Shown here piece after piece: positions 37,573 to 47,097 of a stretch of DNA of 64,000 nt. This DNA is from Acidimicrobiia bacterium (GTDB taxonomy: Bacteria; Actinomycetota; Acidimicrobiia; Spongiisociales; Spongiisociaceae), in contig JBFGLM010000005.1 in the NCBI GenBank assembly GCA_041576165.1, positions 74,581 to 138,580 of the forward strand, in the 5' to 3' direction. The translations under genes were made by a program, and so were the position numbers. The stretch's first letter is position 1, and each line of letters opens with the position of its first letter. Under the pieces are notes generated by a model. That model did no database searches. It had not been told where the DNA came from and was given only the letters and a program-made list of their open reading frames with translations.

Positions 37573-40104
37573 ATGACCGCAGAGGCGATTGCGTCTGAGC
37601 CGAAACGGCGGAGGTTGTCCGGGGTCGGACGCGTTTGGGTTCTCACTGCGGTAGCCGCCCTAGCGGCGGTCGGCCTGTCTGCACTGATCTGGCGGATGCA
37701 TTCGTTCGCACCTCCGATCCGGATCCCCATGGTCGTCTTCGGGGTGCTGTTCTACGTCGCCGAGATCACCGTGGTGCACGTCCGGTTCCGACGAGACGCG
37801 CACTCGTTTTCAATGAGCGAGGTTCCGCTGGTTCTGTCACTCTTCTTCCTCGCTCCGGGCCAGATCATCACGGCCCAGTTTCTCGGAACCACTCTGGCAT
37901 TGGCCGTCAACCGCCGTCAGAGATCGGTCAAGCTGGCGTTCAATGCGTCCCAACTGACGCTGCAGGCTGCCGTCTTCATCGGCATCTTCATGGCTATCAC
38001 CACCGGTGCGGACCCGCTCGGCCCGATGGGTTGGCTGGGGGTGGCGGCAGGGATCGGGGCCACTGTTGTCGTGTCGAACACCATGATCGGTGCGGCGATC
38101 CGTATGTCGGGTGGGACGCTGTCGACGGACGATCGCAACACGATGTACCTCCTCAGCCTCGGCGCGGCGGTCCTCAACGCGGCATTGGCACTGATCGCCG
38201 CCACGATCCTGTGGGCCCGTCCGAGCAGCGCCTGGATTGCGCTCATCCCATTCGCCGTATTGTTCTTCGCGTACCGGGCCTATCTGGCGCAACGGCTCGA
38301 TCGCGACCGGCTGCACGCGCTGTACGAAATCAGCGGTGAGCTTCACCGCCTCCCCCGCATTGACGACGCCCTGGCCGCGGCCGCCGATCGGGCGCGGTCC
38401 ATGTTCGATGCCGAGAGCGCCGCAGTCTTGCTCTACCCGGAGGGTGAGCAGGGTCCGGGTTTGCGCACCGAAGCCCTGGTCGACGCCCCCACCACGGCGA
38501 TGCAGCCGGTCGAGGACATGGATGCGGATGTTGCCGAGTTCGTCCAGCGAGGTGGTGGTCCATGGCTGGCAACCGACGAAAACGATCGAGGGATCGCAAT
38601 GATCGTCCCGGTACCGGGATCCGATTCAGGGTTCGGGGCGATGGCGGTGCGCAGCCCGTTGAGCGACATCGGCAGTTTCGGCCCTCGTGATCTTGCGCTG
38701 CTGGAAACTCTGGCCGACCACGTTGGGGTCTCGCTCAAAAACGGTCGCCTGCAGGACTCGCTGGCCCGCCTCACCGAGCTCAAAGATGAGCTACACCAAC
38801 GGGCATTGCACGACAGCTTGACCGGCCTCGCCAACCGTACGTTGTTGTTTCAGGAATTGGAGCGAGTGCTGGGAGCGAGCAGCAATCGGGGCGCCGTGAT
38901 GTTCATCGATCTCGATGATTTCAAGGCCATCAACGATACCCACGGACACGAAACCGGGGATCTCGTCCTGATCGAGGTGGCCGCCCGCCTCCGATCCTCC
39001 TGCCGCCCCCACGACCTCGTCGCCCGGCTCGGCGGGGACGAATTCGCGCTGCTGCTGGAAAACCTCACTTCCCATGACGACGCCATCCGGGTGGCCGAGC
39101 GCATCATCCGGTTGGTGGGCGAGCCGATCGTCACCCAGGGGGGCGCAGTCGAGACGCAGGTCAGCGTCGGGGTGGCGATGACCGATGGCACCGGCGAACC
39201 GGACGAGGTGCTGCGCCGTGCCGACGAAGCCATGTATGCCGCCAAGTTCGACGGTAAAGGCTGCTACCGGCTCCACAGTCCCGGCATGAGCAGCAAACAC
39301 GCGGCGGAACTGGCCACCGTGACCAGCCTGCGCCACGCGATCGACTCGGACGAGCTCGAGCTGTACTACCAGCCGCTGGTCGACTTGAAGACGCGGCAGG
39401 TCCACGGCGTGGAGGCCCTCGTGCGCTGGAACCATCCGACCGAAGGACTGTTGCTACCGGCCGCCTTCGTGCCGGTGGCCGAACGTCGCGGGCTGACCGC
39501 CGCCATGGGTGAGTGGGTGCTGAAGGCGGCCATTGGCCAGATCGCAAGCTGGCAGGCCGAGCACGATACCGTGCCGCTCGTTTCGATCAATCTCTCGGCC
39601 GCCGAGATCTCCGAAGGATTGATACCGATGGTCGATGCTCTGACCCGGGCGAAGGGGGTTGAGCCGTCCAACCTCCAGATCGAGATCACCGAAGGTGTCA
39701 TGATGTCGAGTGACAGTGCGTTCCTGGAGCGGCTCCGCGCCCTCGGCGTCCAGGTCGCTCTCGACGATTTCGGAACCGGGTATTCCTCGCTGGCGTACCT
39801 CGACAGGTTGCCGGTCGACACCATCAAGTTCGATCAATCGTTCATCGCCCGCCTCGACGACGAACGAACGGCCCGGATCCTTCAGCTGATGACCGACTTC
39901 GGTGTGGCCATGGGCTACCGCACCGTGGCCGAGGGGATCGAAACGACCGAACAGCTGGCGGCGCTCACCAAGTTCGGCTGTCAAATGGGCCAGGGCTACC
40001 TGTTGGGCCGGCCGATGCCGGTGGCGGAAGTGGAGCGGCTGATCTTCGGACCGGAGGAACGGCTGGCCGACGTCGTCGTGCTGCGCCCGGCCTCCAACGG
40101 CTGA
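37573..40104 (+). CDS. Membrane sensor-GAF-GGDEF-EAL c-di-GMP enzyme
   Basis: About 7-8 N-terminal TMs, GAF-like segment, RPHDLVARLGGDEF, VEALVRW, IEITE, DDFGTGYSSL, AEGIET, QGY; starts 9 nt after the subtilase stop. Confidence 0.92.
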   Translation: MTAEAIASEPKRRRLSGVGRVWVLTAVAALAAVGLSALIWRMHSFAPPIRIPMVVFGVLFYVAEITVVHVRFRRDAHSFSMSEVPLVLSLFFLAPGQIITAQFLGTTLALAVNRRQRSVKLAFNASQLTLQAAVFIGIFMAITTGADPLGPMGWLGVAAGIGATVVVSNTMIGAAIRMSGGTLSTDDRNTMYLLSLGAAVLNAALALIAATILWARPSSAWIALIPFAVLFFAYRAYLAQRLDRDRLHALYEISGELHRLPRIDDALAAAADRARSMFDAESAAVLLYPEGEQGPGLRTEALVDAPTTAMQPVEDMDADVAEFVQRGGGPWLATDENDRGIAMIVPVPGSDSGFGAMAVRSPLSDIGSFGPRDLALLETLADHVGVSLKNGRLQDSLARLTELKDELHQRALHDSLTGLANRTLLFQELERVLGASSNRGAVMFIDLDDFKAINDTHGHETGDLVLIEVAARLRSSCRPHDLVARLGGDEFALLLENLTSHDDAIRVAERIIRLVGEPIVTQGGAVETQVSVGVAMTDGTGEPDEVLRRADEAMYAAKFDGKGCYRLHSPGMSSKHAAELATVTSLRHAIDSDELELYYQPLVDLKTRQVHGVEALVRWNHPTEGLLLPAAFVPVAERRGLTAAMGEWVLKAAIGQIASWQAEHDTVPLVSINLSAAEISEGLIPMVDALTRAKGVEPSNLQIEITEGVMMSSDSAFLERLRALGVQVALDDFGTGYSSLAYLDRLPVDTIKFDQSFIARLDDERTARILQLMTDFGVAMGYRTVAEGIETTEQLAALTKFGCQMGQGYLLGRPMPVAEVERLIFGPEERLADVVVLRPASNG

Positions 40105-40120
40105 TGGTCGGGCGAACGTC

Positions 40121-40855
40121 CTAAGGCGATTCCGGGCGCACCGCGGCAGACGTGAGTGATGCGGCCGCGGCTTCGTCCACATACCAGCTCACCTCACCTG
40201 ACCCGTCCATGATCCGGGCCGCCGGCAAGGGTTCACGACGAGGGCCCGGCTCCAGCACCCGGGCCAGCGCTTCTGACTTGGCGGCGCCCGCAACCAGGAA
40301 GATGATGTGGCGCGCTCGGTGCGCGAGAGGATACGTAGCGGTCAAGCGCCACGACTCTTTTGACTCGACCCAGGTCTCGACGAACCACCGGTTGGTCACG
40401 TCCAGCGCGCTAGAACCCGGAAACAGGGACAGTGTGTGTCCGTCGTCGCCCATCCCGAGCAGCATGATGTCGGGACGGGGGCCGTCGGCGTCGTGGTCGA
40501 GAAGGTCTACCAACGTCGCCTCATAGGCAGCGGCCGTCTCGGTGGGCGACCAGTCGTCACGCCAGGGAACCGGGGCAAATGTCGCCTCCACCCTGTCCAT
40601 GAGGCTGGCCCGAATCATGGTGCCGTTGTTGTCCGGGTGATCGGGCGGAACAAAACGCTCATCGCCCACCCACCCGTGCACCCGCGACCACGGCACGTCT
40701 TCATGCCGGAGAGCGGCGTAGGTCCCGGCCGGGGTGCCACCTCCGGCTAGGGCAAGCGTGACCGGTCCATCGTCCGAGTCGCGAATCAACTGTGCGATGG
40801 CGCCGGCCGCGGCGTGCGCCATCGCCTCAGGGTCGGGGAAGACGTGAACATGCAT
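40121..40855 (-). CDS. pgl: 6-phosphogluconolactonase
   Basis: LAGGGTP, GDERFVPPDHPDNN, LLGMGDDGHTLSLFPG, RLTATYP. Confidence 0.92.
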   Translation of the reverse strand: MHVHVFPDPEAMAHAAAGAIAQLIRDSDDGPVTLALAGGGTPAGTYAALRHEDVPWSRVHGWVGDERFVPPDHPDNNGTMIRASLMDRVEATFAPVPWRDDWSPTETAAAYEATLVDLLDHDADGPRPDIMLLGMGDDGHTLSLFPGSSALDVTNRWFVETWVESKESWRLTATYPLAHRARHIIFLVAGAAKSEALARVLEPGPRREPLPAARIMDGSGEVSWYVDEAAAASLTSAAVRPESP

Positions 40856-40942
40856 GCGGTGAGCCTACCCAGCCGCACGAGGTCCCAGCAGGACGCCCGG
40901 CGTGCTCAATAAGATGCGGCGAGTGGCGACGCTCGGATTCTC

Positions 40943-41611
40943 ATGAGCCGGACCGTTCGGATCAGATGGCACGATGGCGCCGTCACCGGGCGGTGGCGGA
41001 GGCCGCGTTCGGCGCGCGGTCCGGCCGTCTTGCTGGCTCACGGCGCTGGGACCGACCAGGACCACGCCTCGATCGTTGCGCTCCGTGAGGGGATCGCCGC
41101 CGCCGGCCATCCGGTGCTGACCTTCAACTACCCCTACACCGAAGCCGGCCGGGGCCGCCCCGACCGCCAGCCGCTGCTGCTCGACTGCCATCGGGCAGCC
41201 GCTCGGTGGCTGCGGTCGCACTACCCGGGCCCAGTGGTCTTGGCCGGAAGGTCGATGGGCGGGCGAATGGCAAGTTATCTGGCCGCCGAGGGAGCCCCCA
41301 TGGCGGGCCTGGTGCTCTACGCCTATCCCCTGCACCCGCCGGGCAAGCCGGAGCGGCTCCGCCGCGACCACCTCGCCGCGATCCGGGTTCCAATGCTGTT
41401 CTTTGCCGGCACTCGGGACGCGCTTTCCCGAGGAGACCTCTTCGACCGATGGGTGCGGCCGCTTCCGACCGCCACGGTGATCCTGATCGAAGAGGGTGAT
41501 CACTCGTTCCGGGTTCCGAAGCGAACGGGCCGCACCCCGCAGGACGTCACCGACTCGATCATCTCCGATACCGTGGCCTGGATCCGTCAGCTCGACCCGG
41601 ACGAAGGCTGA
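40943..41611 (+). CDS. Alpha/beta-fold hydrolase
   Basis: LAHGAG, FNYPY, GRSMGGR, YPLHPPGKP, GTRDAL, GDHSF. Confidence 0.85.
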   Translation: MSRTVRIRWHDGAVTGRWRRPRSARGPAVLLAHGAGTDQDHASIVALREGIAAAGHPVLTFNYPYTEAGRGRPDRQPLLLDCHRAAARWLRSHYPGPVVLAGRSMGGRMASYLAAEGAPMAGLVLYAYPLHPPGKPERLRRDHLAAIRVPMLFFAGTRDALSRGDLFDRWVRPLPTATVILIEEGDHSFRVPKRTGRTPQDVTDSIISDTVAWIRQLDPDEG

Positions 41612-41629
41612 GCGGGGCATTCAGGCTGT

Positions 41630-41646
41630 GTTCCACGATGTGGTAC
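41630..41646. promoter_or_regulatory. Putative IclR operator
   Basis: GTTCCACGATGTGGTAC, imperfect 17-bp palindrome 53 nt upstream of an IclR gene; resembles the sites at 57519 and 62341. Confidence 0.55.
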
Positions 41647-41699
41647 GGTTTCGCCATGCGGTGTTGGGCCCGCCTGCTGCGTGACTGGCGAGGATCACG

Positions 41700-42455
41700 A
41701 TGAAGACCGTCCAATCCATCGAGCGAGCATTCGCCATTCTCGATGCAGTCGCGGCTCGGGAACTGGGTCTGAGCGAGATCGCCGACGAGGTCGACCTCCC
41801 CAAGAGCACCGTGTCACGGATTCTGCGCACCCTCGAACAGGTCGGGGTAGTAACCCGGGATGCGTCCCAGGGTGCCTACCAGATCGGACCCAAAGTCAGG
41901 ACTTTGGGCCGGGGCTCCGGCAGCCCCGCAGATATTGCAATCACGGCTCGGCCCTACCTGGCGATGCTGGCGCGGGAACTGGGCGAGGATGCCGGTCTCA
42001 GTATCGCCGACCGGCGCGACGTGAGGATCATCGCGCAAGAGAACGCTGAGAACGCTGTGCTGGTCGCCGACTGGACCGGTGCGATCATTCCGATGCATGT
42101 GGTGCCGGCCGGGTTGGTGATCCTGGCGAACTGGCCGGCGGCGCGAGTCGACCAGGTCCTGGCCGGCCCGCTCGAGGCGGCCACCGCCAAGAGCGTGACC
42201 GATCCGGGCAAGATCAGGCAGCGGCTGGAGAAGATCCGCCGCGACGGCTATTGCTGGGTGTTCGGGGAATTCTCGGAGGACCTCAACTCGGTGGCAGCCC
42301 CCGTGTTCGCGACGGAGGGCGTCATAGCGGCCGTCACCGTGCACGGTCCCGCCTACCGGTTCCCGCAGCGGGGAACCGATGATACCGTCGCGCAGCGGGT
42401 GGTGGAGGTGGCCGGCCTGCTGTCCGAGCGGTTCCGGGACCTCGTCGCGTCCTAG
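41700..42455 (+). CDS. IclR family regulator
   Basis: VQSIERAFAIL, LPKSTVSRIL, IRRDGY...E...SVAAPV. Confidence 0.92.
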   Translation: MKTVQSIERAFAILDAVAARELGLSEIADEVDLPKSTVSRILRTLEQVGVVTRDASQGAYQIGPKVRTLGRGSGSPADIAITARPYLAMLARELGEDAGLSIADRRDVRIIAQENAENAVLVADWTGAIIPMHVVPAGLVILANWPAARVDQVLAGPLEAATAKSVTDPGKIRQRLEKIRRDGYCWVFGEFSEDLNSVAAPVFATEGVIAAVTVHGPAYRFPQRGTDDTVAQRVVEVAGLLSERFRDLVAS

Positions 42456-43006
42456 CTGAACGGCCGGGGTGGACGGCCCAGGATCTCGCGGACCAGCGGT
42501 TCGAACGTGCTCAGCGGCTCAGTTGGGTACTCGGGGTCGAAGGACACTTGGTCGTATTCCTCGCAAAAACGCACGGTGTCCTCGTACCACTCGTGGTCCC
42601 GGTACCGTTCGCGCTGGTTCCGGTCTCCGCCGCCGTGGTGAAGGTAGTAGTAGCCCTGGAATACGCCATGGTGCTTGATGATCCAGTGGATCCGATCGGA
42701 CACGTAGGGACGCAGCATGGCCGCCGCTACTTCGGAGTGGTTGGCGGGAGACAGCACATCACCAACGTCGTGCAGCAAGGCGGCCACGATCATCTCGGTG
42801 TCCTCCCCGGCCCGCATGGCACGGGTGGCGGCCTGGAGCGAATGCCCCAGCCGGCTGATCTGATACCCGGTGTGATCGTCCATATCCCGGAGCCAGCCGA
42901 GGACGCGATCGGGGAACCGTGCGAGTTCGGCTGCCTCGAACTCACCAAGCAGTTCGTAGTCCTCCTTGGTTCCCTCATCCATTCGGGTGAAGCTCACGGA
43001 TTTCAT
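42452..43006 (-). CDS. HD-domain protein, PhnZ/MIOX-like diiron oxygenase superfamily
   Basis: GHSLQAATRA, ALLHDVGD, NHSEV, KHHGVFQ, YDQ: H...HD...H...H...D ligand set. Confidence 0.75.
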   Translation of the reverse strand: MKSVSFTRMDEGTKEDYELLGEFEAAELARFPDRVLGWLRDMDDHTGYQISRLGHSLQAATRAMRAGEDTEMIVAALLHDVGDVLSPANHSEVAAAMLRPYVSDRIHWIIKHHGVFQGYYYLHHGGGDRNQRERYRDHEWYEDTVRFCEEYDQVSFDPEYPTEPLSTFEPLVREILGRPPRPFS

Positions 43007-44325
43007 TGTTCGCTCCCGGGGCTGGCCTCTTCGCTGCCCATTCTGCCCGCCGGCTGCCGATCGCGGCGCTCCGATCGCCCGTTTCGCGCCAGCTGAAAGA
43101 TCACGCCACCGGCCCGAGCGGGCACTGATGTGAAGCGGCGCTGGCGGTCGATGGGCAGTCCCTCACGGATGATTATCCGGACGAGAGCCGCCACGCCAAT
43201 CGCCGCATGAACGGCGGCAAGGGTCAAGAAGAACCCCTCCGGTCCGAACGCGTCCAGGGTGGTCGCCGCCAGCGGCGGTCCGATGATCGCTCCGATCCCG
43301 GTGACGAAGACGTACAGCGAGCTCACTGCGACGGTGCTCCCGGCCGGAACCTGGTCGTTGATGTGGCTCAGGCCCAGGGAGTAGAGGGGGAAACTGAGCC
43401 CTCCCAGCAAGAACACGGCTGCGATCATGACGATCGACAGAGGGTCGACTGTCACGGCCCACATTGCCACCAGCGCTGCGCCCATTGTGACGAGGAACAC
43501 CGCCCAGCGCCGGCGAATCCGATCGGACATGGACCCGATCGGGATCTGGGTCACCAGCGGCCCTGCCACCGCGGCCGCCAGGAACAGACCCACCCGGCTC
43601 GAGCTCATGCCCACCCGGGTGGCGTAGACCGCGCCGAGGCCCCACAGCGCGCCGTTGGCAATCCCCACGCCGAGGCCGGTCATGATCCCGAGAGGTGCCA
43701 GCCGCCAAATCTCGCGCACCGCCAGCTTGGTCGCGTATTTGAACTCGGGAGCGGGCCCGACCGACAGCGTCACGGGTATGACCGAGGCGGACACCAGCAC
43801 GGAAGACGCCACGAAGAGCGTGACCTTGGTGGGATCGCCCAACGCCAGCAGACCCTGCCCGGCGGCGATGCCCCCCATGATCACGACCATGTACACGGAC
43901 AGCAGCAATCCTCGGTTGCGGTTGGTGGCCGAGTCGTTGATCCAGCTCTCCGCCGTGATGTACAGGCCGGCGTAGGCGAAGCCCGTGATCAGGCGCATCG
44001 CCCCCCAGGTGAACGGCGAGAGATCGATGGCGTGGATCAGCGGCGCAACGGACGCCAGCGATGCCAGCGCGGCGAAGACCCGGATGTGGCCCACGCTGCC
44101 GACGAAATGGGGAACGAGCCGGGCCCCGCCCAGAAAGCCGACGTAGTAGGAGGCCATGACTACGCCGGTGGTCTGTGTGGTGAAACCCTCGAGCTCTGCC
44201 CGCAAGCCGATCAGGGTCACCAACAACCCATTGCTCAGCATCATCAGCAGCAGCCCGGCGAACAACCCCCACGAACGCAATGCGATTCGTGCGGTGTAGC
44301 GAGACCGGGTAGAGGTTACTGACAT
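43003..44325 (-). CDS. MFS transporter (YcaD-like)
   Basis: About 12 TMs; VGHIRVFAA, ESWIN..A...NRG, QIPIGSMSDR. Confidence 0.88.
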   Translation of the reverse strand: MSVTSTRSRYTARIALRSWGLFAGLLLMMLSNGLLVTLIGLRAELEGFTTQTTGVVMASYYVGFLGGARLVPHFVGSVGHIRVFAALASLASVAPLIHAIDLSPFTWGAMRLITGFAYAGLYITAESWINDSATNRNRGLLLSVYMVVIMGGIAAGQGLLALGDPTKVTLFVASSVLVSASVIPVTLSVGPAPEFKYATKLAVREIWRLAPLGIMTGLGVGIANGALWGLGAVYATRVGMSSSRVGLFLAAAVAGPLVTQIPIGSMSDRIRRRWAVFLVTMGAALVAMWAVTVDPLSIVMIAAVFLLGGLSFPLYSLGLSHINDQVPAGSTVAVSSLYVFVTGIGAIIGPPLAATTLDAFGPEGFFLTLAAVHAAIGVAALVRIIIREGLPIDRQRRFTSVPARAGGVIFQLARNGRSERRDRQPAGRMGSEEASPGSEQ

Positions 44326-44507
44326 GGTTGATCCGAGGTATCCCGTGGCGTGGGGTGCGGTTTGGGCTGTGAATGAGAAGCCGGCCCGGGCGGTGGACGG
44401 TTTCGGCGACGGGACACTACTCCTGTTCACGCGATAACAACAGAACATATTTGCGCGAATTCCCCGGCCGGACGCGGTCCCCGTCCGGTGGCTACGCTCC
44501 CGGGCAG

Positions 44508-46715
44508 ATGCAGTCGGGTCTGGTGCGAGGTTCCTTCGTATTTGGAGGGGAAGCCGTTCCGTTCGCGGAGCGCGATTCGGTGCTGACGGCCCTCGCCCGG
44601 AGTGGTATCCATCCCACCGGCGGCGGCTGTTTGTGCTTTGGAGGCGATTGCCCGCACTGTCTGGTGCAGATCGACGGAGTTGCCTACGTCCGGGCGTGCC
44701 AGACCCAGGCCCTCCCGGGGCTCGTCGTCGACCCGCATCCGCCCGACGGTGATCCACCGCTACCGGCCGGCGGCCCCGCGAAGGCCGATGTTGCAGTTCG
44801 GCATGTGCACGTGGATGTGGCCGTGGTGGGTGGAGGCGAGTCGGGTAGCGCCGCTGCCGACGCCGTCCGGGCTGACGGCCGCCATGCGGTCGTGCTTGAC
44901 GCTCAGGACGGTATCGAGGTGGTCGGGATCTATGCCGGCCCGCTCGTGATTGCCCGATCCGACGATGAGATGGTTCAGGTCCATTGTGATGAGGTAGTGG
45001 TTGCCACCGGCGCGGCTGAGATACAGCCGGTGTGTCCGGGCAGCGACCTAACAGGCATCCTCACTGCGCGGGCGGCCCAACACCTGCGTATTGCCGGCGT
45101 TGACCTCGGGGAGGTCGTTGCGGTCGGTCCAGGCGCCACGAGCGATCCGGCCTGGATCGAGGGCGACCTGGTGCGCTTCGAAGGCGAACGCGCGGTTGAC
45201 GCTGTCGTTCTTCGTGGCGGGGACGGGGCGGAACACCGCTACCCGTGTGAGACGGTCGTGGTCGGGCTCGGCCGAGCGCCCCGGGACACCCTGGCCCGGA
45301 TGGGACGCGGACTGGCTGTTCGGGTCGTCGGCGAGGCGGCCGCGGCCGCCGAGCTGCCCGTCTGTCCCGACACCGGTACAGCCTGTCCTTGTGCCGGGGT
45401 GACGTTCGAGCAACTCGACGACGTGTGGCAGCGCGGATTTCGAGAGATGGAGCTTCTCAAGCGGGCGACCCTGGCCGGCACCGGCACCTGCCAGGGCGGC
45501 GTATGCCTCCCATACCTCCGCGCCTTCCTGCTGGACCGGGGCGGCGAGCTGCAGCCCGCCTTCACCGCAAGGCCGGTGAGCCGTCAGATGACCATCGGTG
45601 AGGCGGCCGCCGGACACCACCTCCACGCCTTTCCGCGCACCGGGCTCGATGCCGAACACCGGCGGCTGGGAGCCCGCATGGATCGGATCGGCGGCTGGTG
45701 GCGGCCGTGGACCTACGGCGATGCCGAGGGGGAGTACCGGGCGGTACGCACCGCAGTGTCCATCGGAGATGTGAGCACGTTGGGCAAGATGATCCTTGCC
45801 GGGCCCGACGCCGAGACGGCGCTGCAGAAGCTCTATCCGACGGACGTTTCAACGATCAAGCCGGGACGGATGCGCTACGTCCTGCTCCTGAACGAGCGCG
45901 GCTATGTGCTCGACGATGGGATGGTATGCCGGGAAGCCGACGGCGAGCGTTTCTACCTCACCTTTACCTCGGGTGGAGCCAGCTTCGCAGAGATGTGGGT
46001 GCGCGACTGGACCTCGACCTGCGACGTCCGGTGGATGAACGTCACCACCTCGCTAGGAGCCATAAACGTGACCGGGCCCCGGGCCCGGGAGCTACTGGCC
46101 CGGGCCGGTTTTGCCGACGATCTCCCGTATCTGGGTCACACCCAGGCCGACGTGGCGGAAGTGCCGTGCAAGATCTTGCGGCTCAGTTTCACGGGCGAAC
46201 TCTCGTACGAGCTCCACCATCCCTACGGCGCCTCGGTGGAGTTGTGGCGCCGGCTGCTGGACCTCGGTGCCGGCCTCGGGATGCGGCCCCACGCCATCGA
46301 GGCCCTGCTGCAGGTGCGGTTGGAGAAGGGTCACATCCTGGTGGGACAGGACACCGACTATGACTCGACCCCGCGCCGAATCCAGCACGAGTGGGCGGTG
46401 CGCCTCGACAAGGGCGATTTCATCGGCCGACACGCCATCATCCGGACCGATCGGATCCCGCTCGACCGGATGCTGGTCGGGCTCGAGGTCGACGGGCCGG
46501 CTCCGTTCGAAGGTGCAGTGATCTGGCACGGCGAGGAGTACGCCGGCTATGTCACGTCCGCCACCTGGTCGCCGGTGCTCGGGAAGTCGGTGATGCTGGC
46601 CTGGCTCTACGCCTTCGACGGTGAGTTTCCCGAGACCGTTACCGTGGAGGGTCGCTCGGCCCGGCGGTCTTCGGTGCCGTTCTACGATCCGGAGGGGGCC
46701 CGTGCACGAGCGTGA
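44508..46715 (+). CDS. Sarcosine oxidase alpha-like subunit (2Fe-2S + Rossmann + BFD-like + GcvT folate domain)
   Basis: CLCFGGDCPHC...RAC, VVGGGESG, CPC...GTCQGGVC, FTARP, DVSTLGK, LSFTGELSYE, RLEKGH. Confidence 0.82.
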   Translation: MQSGLVRGSFVFGGEAVPFAERDSVLTALARSGIHPTGGGCLCFGGDCPHCLVQIDGVAYVRACQTQALPGLVVDPHPPDGDPPLPAGGPAKADVAVRHVHVDVAVVGGGESGSAAADAVRADGRHAVVLDAQDGIEVVGIYAGPLVIARSDDEMVQVHCDEVVVATGAAEIQPVCPGSDLTGILTARAAQHLRIAGVDLGEVVAVGPGATSDPAWIEGDLVRFEGERAVDAVVLRGGDGAEHRYPCETVVVGLGRAPRDTLARMGRGLAVRVVGEAAAAAELPVCPDTGTACPCAGVTFEQLDDVWQRGFREMELLKRATLAGTGTCQGGVCLPYLRAFLLDRGGELQPAFTARPVSRQMTIGEAAAGHHLHAFPRTGLDAEHRRLGARMDRIGGWWRPWTYGDAEGEYRAVRTAVSIGDVSTLGKMILAGPDAETALQKLYPTDVSTIKPGRMRYVLLLNERGYVLDDGMVCREADGERFYLTFTSGGASFAEMWVRDWTSTCDVRWMNVTTSLGAINVTGPRARELLARAGFADDLPYLGHTQADVAEVPCKILRLSFTGELSYELHHPYGASVELWRRLLDLGAGLGMRPHAIEALLQVRLEKGHILVGQDTDYDSTPRRIQHEWAVRLDKGDFIGRHAIIRTDRIPLDRMLVGLEVDGPAPFEGAVIWHGEEYAGYVTSATWSPVLGKSVMLAWLYAFDGEFPETVTVEGRSARRSSVPFYDPEGARARA

Positions 46716-47097
46716 GGTTCTGGCCGTGACCCGCATAGTCGCAGAGCGCACCGCCATCGACGTGGGAACGTGGCCCCCGCAGTCACTGGTGTTGCGCACG
46801 GCCCCCGACGAGGTGCTGATGATCGGCTCCGGGTCGCCACGGGTTCCCGATCCGGCGGCGATTGTCCACGTCGACACGAGCTGGGTCGGATATCGGGTGG
46901 CGGCGCCCAACGCCGCAATCTGCATCGAGCAGTTGGCGGATTGGCCGCTACCGTCCGAGGGCTTTGCGCAGGGCATGGTGGGCGGGATCGCCGCCAAAGT
47001 CTGGGTGGGTCGCACCGAGGTGTTGTTCGTCGTGCCGGCCGCAGTCGCCGCAGATTTCGAGGACCGCCTCGACGCCGTGTGGGGGCGGTCGCTGTGA
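46702..47097 (+). CDS. Sarcosine oxidase gamma-like subunit
   Basis: LRTAPDEVL, position between the alpha and beta genes, overlapping both. Confidence 0.55.
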   Translation: MHEREVLAVTRIVAERTAIDVGTWPPQSLVLRTAPDEVLMIGSGSPRVPDPAAIVHVDTSWVGYRVAAPNAAICIEQLADWPLPSEGFAQGMVGGIAAKVWVGRTEVLFVVPAAVAADFEDRLDAVWGRSL

